Of a stretch of DNA of 64,000 bases, positions 29,770 to 37,864 are shown in pieces. The stretch is from contig OZ252250.1 of assembly GCA_965249675.1 (NCBI GenBank), positions 300,941 to 364,940 of the forward strand, given 5' to 3'. Position numbers and translations under genes: made by a program. Numbering within the stretch: position 1 is the first letter of the stretch; each line of letters opens with the position of its first letter. Source of the DNA: Dehalococcoidia bacterium. Lineage in GTDB: Bacteria; Chloroflexota; Dehalococcoidia; UBA2979. Below the pieces are notes generated by a model. That model was not told the origin of the DNA. It saw nothing but the letters and a program-made list of their open reading frames with translations, and did not search any database.

Positions 29770-29975
29770 CTCCCTCTCGGCGCGAGAAACAGGTGCTCGC
29801 GAGTGAGAGGGTGGGAGAGACGGATCGGGGGACCCGCTTCGCCGTCGCCTGTCCTCGCAGGTTCGACAATCTGACGCGGGCCGGTGTTCTGACTCCTGGT
29901 AGCGCCGATAGCGGCCGACCAGTCACAGTTGCGGGACAGCGCCGGACTCACACCGGCTTCCCCGAACACCGCGTC
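29770..29975 (-). promoter_or_regulatory. Cobalamin (B12) riboswitch with an SD-sequestering expression platform
   Basis: The minus-strand RNA reads GGUGUUCGGGGAAGCCGGUGUGAGUCCGGCGCUGUCCCGCAACUGUGA...CCAGGAGUCAGAACACCGGCC. This matches the conserved GGGAA..GGUG..CC..CCCGC.ACUGU core and the B12 box, and GGUGUUC pairs with GAACACC. The downstream hairpin CCCUCUC..UCGCGAG...CUCGCG..GAGAGGG overlaps the AGGGAG just 5-prime of the start codon. Confidence 0.8.
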
Positions 29976-30091
29976 GAAATCGGGTCGAAGTGTAGCACGG
30001 TGACCGGGCCCCGCTCGGTCGGCGTAGGGCGCCCCGGGGGTTCGGGCGTGGCACGGCGGGCCCAGGATGCGCCAGGCCACCGTGCCGGGCG

Positions 30092-31297
30092 ATGATGGGT
30101 GCGGCGGCCGGCCGCGGGCCGGCCGCCCGAGCTGGGAGGGGAGCTCCTGTGGACACGGCTTTTGAGCAGCGCCTTGCGAATCTGGTCGAGCCGGCGATCG
30201 AGGAGGCCATCCGCATCGCCGAGATCGCGGCGCCGACCTTCGAAGAGCACGAGAGAGCGGCCTACGTTGAGAGTCGCCTCGGCGACATCGGCGGCTGGGC
30301 GCATCTCGAGCGGGACGATGCGGGCAACGTCGCCGCGCTGCTCCCCGGCGATCCCGAGCTCGGGCGCGTGCTGGTCGCCGCCCACCTCGACACCGTCTTC
30401 CCCGAGCACGAGATCTCGATCGAGCGGAAGCCGGGGGTGCTGTCCGGTCCCGGTATCGGCGACAACTCCCTCTCGGTGGCGGCCCTGCTCGCCGTCGGCG
30501 AGGCGCTCAGTGACAGCGCCCCCACGGGCATCGGCGACATCCTGCTCTGCTGGAACGTCGGCGAGGAGGGACGCGGAGACCTCGGCGGCATCCGCACGCT
30601 CTGCCGGCGCTACCAGGGCCGGTTCGACCGCGTGATCGCGGTCGAGGGGCTGGCGCTCGACCGCGTGCAGACGGCAGCCGTCGGCAGCCTGCGCTACGAA
30701 GTGCAGGTGACCGCCCGGGGCGGCCACTCCTGGAGCGCCTACGGGCGCCCCAACGCGATCCGGCTCCTGGCCGGGGCGATCACGGCCCTCGAGCCGCTCT
30801 ACCCGGTCCCGGGCAGCCTCCCCAAGGCGACCCTCAACGTCGGCGTGATCCGGGGCGGCCGTTCGGTCAACACGATCGCGCCCGAGGCGCGCTGCGAGCT
30901 CGACCTGCGCTCAGACGACCCGGCCGCTCTCCACGAACTGGACCGGGCCGCGAGGGAGCTCATCGAGCGCTCCGTTACGGAGGATGGTGCGGAGCTCGCG
31001 ATTCGCGAGATCGGGCGTCGTCCGGCCGGTCAGATCGACCGCCACGACCCCCTGATCGAGGCGGTCGTGGCCGCTCGCGGGGAGAGCGGGCTCGGGCCGG
31101 CGGACTTCAACAGCGGCAGCACGGATGCCAACCACGCGCTCGGTCTCGGGATCCCGGCCACCTGCGTCGGCGTCACCACCGGCGGCGAGGCGCACACCCC
31201 CCGTGAGTGGATCCGGACGGGACCGGTGGTGCAGGGGCTGCCCTACGTCGGGCGGGCCGTGGTGGCGGCGGCCCGCCTGTCCCGCCTCGGCGGCTGA
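30092..31297 (+). CDS. M20 family metallopeptidase (ArgE/DapE/PepT-like)
   Basis: 401 aa; an alternative GTG start near 30152 is possible. AAHLDTVFP, GIGDNSLSVAALL and NVGEEGRGDLGG metal-site motifs. Confidence 0.8.
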   Translation: MMGAAAGRGPAARAGRGAPVDTAFEQRLANLVEPAIEEAIRIAEIAAPTFEEHERAAYVESRLGDIGGWAHLERDDAGNVAALLPGDPELGRVLVAAHLDTVFPEHEISIERKPGVLSGPGIGDNSLSVAALLAVGEALSDSAPTGIGDILLCWNVGEEGRGDLGGIRTLCRRYQGRFDRVIAVEGLALDRVQTAAVGSLRYEVQVTARGGHSWSAYGRPNAIRLLAGAITALEPLYPVPGSLPKATLNVGVIRGGRSVNTIAPEARCELDLRSDDPAALHELDRAARELIERSVTEDGAELAIREIGRRPAGQIDRHDPLIEAVVAARGESGLGPADFNSGSTDANHALGLGIPATCVGVTTGGEAHTPREWIRTGPVVQGLPYVGRAVVAAARLSRLGG

Positions 31298-31332
31298 GGG
31301 CGCCGATTGGCGCCGATTGGCAACTCGCCTAG

Positions 31333-32247
31333 CTAGGGATCGCCGCCCTGGCTGAGGAAGCGCTCGACATCACGCATGATGTCATCGAGAGGCGGCAGGC
31401 CACCGGGCAGCTGGTCGCCCGGCTCGATACCGGTGAACTGCCGTACCACCTTCTCGTAGCCGCGCTCCATCTCGACAACCGCCTCGCGGAACTCATCGGA
31501 CTTGACCATCTCCTCATCGGCGCGGGCGCGCAGGTCGACGGCCGACTCACGCACGTCGTCGAGCGGCGTCTCGCTGCCGGCCAAGCGATCGAGCACCTCG
31601 GTCAGGGCCAGCATCGCAAAGGGGCTGGGGATGACACCGAGGTAGTTGGGGACGATGGCCGTGAGGCCACCGGAGAGACCACCGGCGTTGCCGTGCTCAG
31701 CACTCAAGAGCCCGCCGAAGTCGAGCGGGCCGCGGTAGTCGTTCTCGACCGCCGGCAGACCGAGCGCCGAGGCCAGCCCCTCGCTCGTGGTGGTCAGTCG
31801 CAGCATCGCCGGCCTGGTGTGGGGCACGCTTCCGGGCCAGGTGCGGAGCACGACCACGCGGTCGATCTCGTGCTGCCCGAGGAAGTCGAGGATCGCCCCG
31901 GCGAAGGCTGGCCAACTCAGATGGGGCTCGATCCCGGTCAACGCCAGCACGTCGTGCGGTCCGTCCGGCTTTCGCACCAGCGCGATCTCATTCTTCGGCC
32001 ACTCGATCTCGCGGCGACCATCCTGAGAGCGAACGCTGGGCGGCGTCACCGAGAAGTCGTAGAAGCGATCGGCCTCGATCGAGGCGACGATCTCCGCGCC
32101 GTGGTACCTGACGAACTCGGTCAGTGTCGCCGTAGCCGTCGAGTTGAAGCCGTTTCGCCTGACGAAGGAGGCGACCAGCACCGGCTGCCTGAGCTCGGCG
32201 GCATCGGGCATGGCGTCCGTCGTTCGCAGTGGTGTCCAGTCCGCCAT
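31333..32247 (-). CDS. PAC2 (proteasome assembly chaperone 2-like) family protein
   Basis: ORF trimmed to ATG 32247 (MADWTPL). LVASFVRRNGFNSTATATL, ALTGIEPHLSW and IVPNYLG are typical of the bacterial PAC2 family. Confidence 0.8.
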   Translation of the reverse strand: MADWTPLRTTDAMPDAAELRQPVLVASFVRRNGFNSTATATLTEFVRYHGAEIVASIEADRFYDFSVTPPSVRSQDGRREIEWPKNEIALVRKPDGPHDVLALTGIEPHLSWPAFAGAILDFLGQHEIDRVVVLRTWPGSVPHTRPAMLRLTTTSEGLASALGLPAVENDYRGPLDFGGLLSAEHGNAGGLSGGLTAIVPNYLGVIPSPFAMLALTEVLDRLAGSETPLDDVRESAVDLRARADEEMVKSDEFREAVVEMERGYEKVVRQFTGIEPGDQLPGGLPPLDDIMRDVERFLSQGGDP

Positions 32248-32310
32248 CACCGCCCCTCTCCCTCCGCCCGCTCGCGGGGCGACGTTGCCACGGCGCCCCC
32301 GGAGACGTGG

Positions 32311-32356
32311 ACGCGTCCACGCCCTGAGGCGGCACGCGTCCACGCCCTGAGGCGGC
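32311..32356. repeat. Perfect 23-bp tandem duplication ACGCGTCCACGCCCTGAGGCGGC x2
   Basis: Copies at 32311-32333 and 32334-32356 are identical. Intergenic, upstream of the PAC2 gene. Confidence 0.95.
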
Positions 32357-32405
32357 GGGCGGCAACCTCCAGCTTACGCGGGCCACCTGCGGATCCGGCG
32401 CGCGA

Positions 32406-32903
32406 TCAGAACCCGTGGATCGTGCAACCGGGGCGCAGCGCCGGCGCCGCGCCTTCGGGGATCTCCACAGGCGGTAGCCCGGTGTGGTCTGCGAGCGCTG
32501 CCGAGATGTCGTTGAGCGCCGCACGTTCGAACCCCTGGTGGCTGGCCGTGACGGTACCGTCGGCGGAGACCAGGAAGACGGCCGGAGTGGCCGAGGGACC
32601 GTAGCTGCGGACGACCCTCAGCCCCTCATCGACCAGCATCGGGAACTCGACGCCGGAGCGCTCAACGAAGTCGGCGGCGTCCTCGGGGCTGTCCAGCGAG
32701 ATCGCCCACAGCTCACAACCGCGCTCTGCGTACCGCTCGTGGATCTGGTCCCAGAAGAGGTAGGCCAGATCGCAGGTCTGGCAGTCAAGCGCCGAAAACG
32801 CCAGCACCAGCGGGCCGCTGGCGATGCCCGCGGCGAGCGTGCGGCGCCCGCCCAGGGTGTCGGGGAGATCGAAGGCCGGGGCACGGTCACCGGCTGAGAG
32901 CAT
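32406..32903 (-). CDS. Thioredoxin-fold redoxin (TlpA/AhpC-TSA-like) with a CxxC motif
   Basis: 165 aa. DRAPAFDLPD, LVLAFSALDCQTCD (CQTC) and PAVFLVSADG are present. Confidence 0.85.
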   Translation of the reverse strand: MLSAGDRAPAFDLPDTLGGRRTLAAGIASGPLVLAFSALDCQTCDLAYLFWDQIHERYAERGCELWAISLDSPEDAADFVERSGVEFPMLVDEGLRVVRSYGPSATPAVFLVSADGTVTASHQGFERAALNDISAALADHTGLPPVEIPEGAAPALRPGCTIHGF

Positions 32904-32963
32904 CGCCGGGGCTCCTCACAGGATTTGCAGTCGCGAGTGTATACTTTGCAGACGGCCTGAGCC

Positions 32964-33018
32964 CCTGTGAATGAGCCCCCCCTGTGGATTACCTGTGAAT
33001 GAGCCCCCCTCTGGATTA
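32964..33018 (+). repeat. 28/27-bp tandem duplication CCTGTGAATGAGCCCCCC(C)T(G/C)TGGATTA x2 in the 5-prime leader of the CoA-transferase operon
   Basis: Units at 32964-32991 and 32992-33018. They end at the AGGAG Shine-Dalgarno and ATG 33029. The pair contains four TGTGRAT-like half-sites. Confidence 0.9.
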
Positions 33019-33028
33019 GGAGCGCCCG

Positions 33029-33889
33029 ATGCGAACGAAGCTCGTAGAACTCAGCGATGCGGTGAAGATGATCCGCGACGGCGACGAGGTCGTAATGAGT
33101 TCGGGCTTCACCGACAGCCCGATGGCACTCCTCCGTGAGATCGTGCGATCAGATGTGCAGGACCTGAGGGTCGTCGGCGTCGTCGGCGGATCCATCAACC
33201 TCGACTTCCTGGTCGGCAGCGGCCAGACCTCGGTGATGGACTGCTGCTCGATCGGCTTTGACCCCTTCCGCCGTGAGGCCCCGAACTTCGACCGCTATCT
33301 CAGAGAAGGTCGCATCTACTCGATGGACAACACCTGAGGCGTCCACTACTCAATGATCCAGGCTGGATCAATGGGCGTCCCCTACGTGCCGGTGAGAGGC
33401 CTTGCCGGGACAGATGTCTTCGAGCGACGCGACGACATGATCATGGCAGAAGACCCCTTCGGTTCGGGCGAGGTCAACGTCGTCGCCCGCGCACAGAACC
33501 CCGACATCGCGCTCCTGCACGCCCGCAAGGCCGACCCGGCAGGCAACGCCCTGCTGCGCCCGCACGGCGAGGACGTGATGATCGCCCAGGCCTCGCGCCG
33601 CGTGATCATCAGCGCCGAAGAGATCGTGCCCCAGGTGACAGCCGACGACATCGGCGGGAACTACATCTCGGCGATCAACGTCACGGCGGTCGTGCATGCC
33701 CCCTGTGGCGCCCACCCGACCGGCGTCGACGGCCGCTACGAGATGGACGGCGAGCACATCGAGGAATACATCCGGGCCTCGGCGGACGACGACTCGTTCC
33801 GCGCCTACCTTGAGCGCTACGTGATCGGCAAGAGCGAGGCGGAGTACCAGGCGCTCGTGTCGGGACGCGTGCTCGAGCCCGCCCGTTGA
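33029..33889 (+). pseudogene. CoA-transferase subunit A (glutaconate/3-oxoacid CoA-transferase family I alpha) interrupted by an in-frame TGA at 33335-33337
   Basis: ORFs 33029-33337 and 33353-33889 share one frame. The joined sequence ...GRIYSMDNT*GVHYSMIQAGSMGVPYVPVRGLAGTDV... is continuous with the family alpha subunit. It may be a true nonsense mutation, a split gene or a recoding site. Confidence 0.75.
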
Positions 33890-34638
33890 GCCCGACCGCG
33901 GGCCCACCGTGCAGTACGGAGGAGCTCCTGATCGTGCTGATGTCGCGAGACATCCGCGATTGGGAGACCTGCGCCTGCGGCGCTCTGTCGATGATCCCGG
34001 CGGCCTCGATGCTCCTCGCCGAGGAGACCCACGCGCCCCAGATCGAGGTGATCATCCTTGGCAGCCGGGACCTCGATCGCAATCTCGGCAAGGACATCCA
34101 CTTCCTCGCCCAGCGCGGGAAGCTCGATCTCTTCTACCACTCGGCCGTGCAATTCGATGCCGAGGGGAACTTCAACCTTCACGTGCTCGGCGATCCCGAC
34201 TCACCGGATCGCCGGCTACCCGGGGGATACGGCTCGGGGCTCCTCTCCTACATGTCGAGGCGGGTCTTCTTCTTCCGCACCGAGCACTCGACGCGCACCT
34301 TTGTGCCGAAGGTCGACTTCATCTCCGGTGCGGGGTTGACCCCTCCTGAGATCAAGCGCGCCTCAGAACCCTTCCGCGTCTACACGACGATGGCGATCAT
34401 GACCTTTGATCGGCAGCGCGCTCGCTACGAGGTGGAGTCGATCCACCAGGGATTCACGGCCGACGACGTGCGCGCCAACACCGGCTTCGATGTGGACATC
34501 CCCGAGGCCTGCCCGGTCACCCCGCCGCCGTCAGAGGCCGAACTTGAGACGCTGCGCACGACGGTGCGCCAGCGCATGATCGACACCGGCACCTACCCGG
34601 AGTGGGCCACGGCGGCGCTCCAGCCGGTGGCCAGCTGA
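33886..34638 (+). CDS. CoA-transferase subunit B (family I beta)
   Basis: 250 aa. Its start overlaps the subunit A stop. HSAVQFDAEGNFNLHVLG (the family's GN.N segment), GGYGSG, and a C-terminal part typical of GctB-like subunits. Confidence 0.85.
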   Translation: MSPTAGPPCSTEELLIVLMSRDIRDWETCACGALSMIPAASMLLAEETHAPQIEVIILGSRDLDRNLGKDIHFLAQRGKLDLFYHSAVQFDAEGNFNLHVLGDPDSPDRRLPGGYGSGLLSYMSRRVFFFRTEHSTRTFVPKVDFISGAGLTPPEIKRASEPFRVYTTMAIMTFDRQRARYEVESIHQGFTADDVRANTGFDVDIPEACPVTPPPSEAELETLRTTVRQRMIDTGTYPEWATAALQPVAS

Positions 34639-34726
34639 ACGACCGGCGCCCGGTCGCCCTCCCGGCCACGACCCTCATCACCACCAGCTACCAGCCACCA
34701 GCCACCAGCCCGCTGGCTCGCTGGCT

Positions 34727-34751
34727 CGCGCCGCGCCGCGCCGCGCCGCGC
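34727..34751. repeat. (CGCGC)5 pentanucleotide microsatellite within a low-complexity GC-rich spacer
   Basis: Read directly. It is flanked by CCAGCCACCAGCCACCAGCC and GCTGGCTCGCTGGCTCG imperfect inverted segments, downstream of the CoA-transferase B stop. Confidence 0.85.
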
Positions 34752-34944
34752 CGCCGCTGTGACCGGGGATCCCCCGCTAGCCAACGAGCGCTATCGGCTC
34801 TGCACCTGCTGGGCTACGCCACCGAGGCCAGCCGCGGCCGCTCCCAGCACTGCCTCCGGGACATCACCGGGGCGCCGATCCTGGAGCCCGAGGCGGCTCG
34901 CGCGACAGGCGGAGACCGCGAGCACGGTCCTGGACGGGCAGTAG

Positions 34945-35512
34945 GTGGCGACCGCGACGGGCAACCGCTTGCCGGGCTTCGGACCTACTTCTACGAGTTC
35001 GAGCGCGCGCATCCCTACGCCATCGCCCTCGACCAGGGGGTCGTCTTCACCTTCTCGAGTCGCCTCGGGACCGGGTACGAGGTCGATTCGAGGGCCCCGT
35101 GGTGGGAGGGGATCGGCGCCGTCTGGGAGCAGTTCTGGATCTGGGGCACGGCCCCCGAAGTGCCCGGCCGGCGATCTGGGTAGCGACGAACCCGCCAGGC
35201 GATGGATACCCGTCCGCCCTGACGGCCACGTCGCTGCTGGTCGCAACGCCCGACGGTGTGGTGGGGACGATCGACCATCTGGACGGACGTGAGCAGTGGC
35301 AGGTCAGGCGGGCCCGCGTCGTCGCTCCTCCCGTCGCGACCGGCGCGGGCCTGCTCGTCGTCCACGAGCACCAGCTCGCGCTCTATGGCCTGGCCGACGG
35401 CGGACTGCTGGAGGAGCGTCTCTTCCCCGGAGAGCTGTTCCCGGCGGCGGTGATCATGAGCAGCGGGACCTTCGTGACGACGGCGGCGGGCGAAGTGATC
35501 GCCCTCCGCTAG
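34945..35512 (+). pseudogene. PQQ-like/BamB-like beta-propeller repeat protein fragment spread over three reading frames
   Basis: High-GC3 coding signal switches frame near 34978 and near 35165. The last segment, ...LLVATPDGVVGTIDHLDGREQWQV...LLVVHEHQLALYGLADGG..., resembles PQQ-type propeller blades. The total length is too short for a full propeller. Confidence 0.35.
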
Positions 35513-35583
35513 AGGGCCGGCCCGGGCTGCTCGCACGCTTCGGGTACGGGAGCGGGCGTCGGCTCCCTGTCAGTCGGGACGCC

Positions 35584-36036
35584 TCAGCCGGGGTGCGAGG
35601 AGCCCTGCGGCCGCCTGAGGCGTCGTTCCTGCCATCTCCAGCCGACCACCCGCGACGGGTCGATCCGGATCAGCGGCCCTCCCTCAAGCTCCATCGAGCG
35701 GTACTGGGGGTAGCGTTGCCGTAAGTGTGCGAGTGCCTCGGGCCACATTGCACCCCGAGGCAACACCCGGGCAGCCCCCTCCAGCCGCAGCCAGGCCAGT
35801 CGATCCCACCGATCCTCGTAATGATCGACGAGCAGGACCGCGCGGGGGTCCCGCTCGATGTTCCGAACCCGCGCGAGAATCGCGCCCGTCTTCGGCTTCT
35901 CATCGATCGCGATCGCGATCGCCCCGCCGACCACGGCGAAGCAGACCGGGACGAGCTGCGGAAGCCCGCTCGCCGCCACCGTCCCGAGCGTGCCCGACCG
36001 CGCGGTCGCCAGCAGCTGCTCCTGCCAGTCTTCCAT
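35584..36036 (-). CDS. PPOX-class F420-dependent oxidoreductase (pyridoxamine 5-phosphate oxidase fold)
   Basis: ORF trimmed to ATG 36036 (MEDWQEQLL). GTLGTVAASGLPQLVPVCF, AIDEKPK and WLRLEGAARVL are present. Confidence 0.8.
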   Translation of the reverse strand: MEDWQEQLLATARSGTLGTVAASGLPQLVPVCFAVVGGAIAIAIDEKPKTGAILARVRNIERDPRAVLLVDHYEDRWDRLAWLRLEGAARVLPRGAMWPEALAHLRQRYPQYRSMELEGGPLIRIDPSRVVGWRWQERRLRRPQGSSHPG

Positions 36037-36202
36037 CGTCGAAGCGTGCCGCGCCGGCCCGGTGCTGTCCACCGACACCCCGCCACGGCTCTGGTCCGGG
36101 TGGCGATCGGGATGACCGACCGGCGTCATGACGACATCGAGCGCAGCGGCCTATGCTGCGGGCAGGCCGCTCGCTGCCTGAGCTTGCGGCAGGAGGTCGG
36201 TG

Positions 36203-37591
36203 ATGATCGCGCTCACGAGGTCGGTTCTGGGGAGACGCCGCCTGCTCGCTGTGCTGGTCGTCACGCTGGTCCCGGTGGTCTGTTACCTCGCCTGGCCCGG
36301 CGCGGCACACGCCGCGGAGCTTGACGACGAGACCCAGTTCATCCTCAACACCTTCTCCTTCCTGGTCTGGGGGGCGCTGGTGATGTGGATGTGTGCCGGA
36401 TTCACGATGCTCGAGTCCGGCTCGGTGCGAACCAAGAACGCCTCGATGATCTGTCTCAAGAACATCGGGGTCTATTCGATCGCCGGTCTCGCCTACTTCT
36501 TCGTCGGCTACAACCTGATGTACGTCGACGTCCGGGAGGTGATCGGCTCCCTCCAGTTCCTCTACGGACCGACCACGGCCGAGCTCGACCTGCTCGCGGG
36601 CACAGGCGATGCCGCCCGTGTCGCCGCCGAGTTGAGCTCCTCGACCATGTCCGACTGGTTCTTCCAGATGGTCTTCGTGGCGACGACCGCCTCGATCGTC
36701 TCAGGCGCCCTGGCCGAACGGGCGAAGATGTGGCCCTTCTTCGTCTTCACGCTCGTGCTGACTGCGGTCCTCTACCCGATCGTCGGATCGTGGACCTGGG
36801 GCGGAGGCTGGCTCGACGACCTGGGATTCCAGGACTTCGCCGGATCAACCGTCGTGCACAGCACCGGCGGCTGGGCGGCGCTGGCCGGGATCCTGGTACT
36901 CGGACCGAGGCTGGGCAAGTTCCGCCGAGACGGTTCAGTACGAGCTACGCCGCCTTCCAACGTGCTCGTGGTGACACTCGGCGTCTTCATCCTCTGGTTC
37001 GGCTGGTTCGGATTCAACGGCGGTTCGCAGCTGGCACTGGGGAGCGTCTCAGATGCGATCACGATGAGTCACGTGCTGGTCAACACAAACCTCGGCGGAG
37101 CCGCCGGGGCGATCGCGGCCCTCGCCGTCTCCAGGCACCTGCTCGGTCGCGTCGACATGTTCGCAGGCCTCAACGGTGCGATCGCGGGGCTCGTCTCGAT
37201 CACCGCCGGCCCGGCGATCACCGAGCACTACTGGGCCGTCATCATCGGGGCCATCGGCGGCGTGATCGCCACGGCCGGCATCCGGCTGCTCGAGCGGGCG
37301 AAGCTCGATGATGTCGTGGGGGCGGTGCCGGCACACCTCTTTGCCGGGGTCTGGGGCACGCTCGCGGTCTCGATCGTCGCCGGAGGGAACGTCGGCGTTC
37401 AGTTCGTGGGCATCGTCGCCGTCGGGATCTTCACGTTCAGCGTCTCCTACGGGGTCTGGCTCCTGATCGACCGGACGATCGGCCTGCGTCTCTCCCGCCA
37501 GGCAGAAGAACTCGGGCAAGACGCCAGTGAACTTGGCCTCGAGGCCTATCCGGAGTTCGTGCTCATGCCGGAGAGCTTCGACGAGGACTAG
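36203..37591 (+). CDS. amt: Ammonium transporter
   Basis: About 462 aa. AGGAGG sits 6 nt upstream of ATG 36203. Signal-like N-terminus. AGFTMLESGSVRTKN, DFAGSTVVHSTGGWAAL and WFGWFGFNGG motifs. Confidence 0.9.
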   Translation: MIALTRSVLGRRRLLAVLVVTLVPVVCYLAWPGAAHAAELDDETQFILNTFSFLVWGALVMWMCAGFTMLESGSVRTKNASMICLKNIGVYSIAGLAYFFVGYNLMYVDVREVIGSLQFLYGPTTAELDLLAGTGDAARVAAELSSSTMSDWFFQMVFVATTASIVSGALAERAKMWPFFVFTLVLTAVLYPIVGSWTWGGGWLDDLGFQDFAGSTVVHSTGGWAALAGILVLGPRLGKFRRDGSVRATPPSNVLVVTLGVFILWFGWFGFNGGSQLALGSVSDAITMSHVLVNTNLGGAAGAIAALAVSRHLLGRVDMFAGLNGAIAGLVSITAGPAITEHYWAVIIGAIGGVIATAGIRLLERAKLDDVVGAVPAHLFAGVWGTLAVSIVAGGNVGVQFVGIVAVGIFTFSVSYGVWLLIDRTIGLRLSRQAEELGQDASELGLEAYPEFVLMPESFDED

Positions 37592-37600
37592 GTTGGGGGT

Positions 37601-37630
37601 GGGCCGGCCGCCCCTGGTGGCGGGCGGCCC
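37601..37630 (+). terminator. GC-rich hairpin downstream of amt (11 of 12 bp paired), no U tract
   Basis: GGGCCGGCCGCC..TGGT..GGCGGGCGGCCC, starting 10 nt after the amt stop. Confidence 0.35.
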
Positions 37631-37864
37631 TGTGCAGACGAGGGGAGAGGTGCTCACCTCCCCGGGAGAAGCTGGGCACCAGGAAGAGGCGATCGTGACC
37701 ATCGCCGTCGTCGGTCTGGGAGAGCGCCAGAGCGGGACCTGCGCCTGCCCCCCGCCCTGCCCGCCCAGCCTTCCCACTCCCGCCAGGGACCAGATCTCGC
37801 GAGCGGCCATCGGGAGAGCACCGCCGGACGGGCCCGGGCGGCGACGGGCGCGGGCGGAAGACCG

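Noticed and set aside
32925-32945. Sigma-70-like promoter (TATACT -10 with TTGCAG nearby) upstream of the CoA-transferase operon
   Set aside because: The TTGCAG hexamer is only 9 nt from the TATACT, and the hexamer at proper spacing is a poor -35. Promoter consensus for this lineage is unknown, so it is mentioned only as context.
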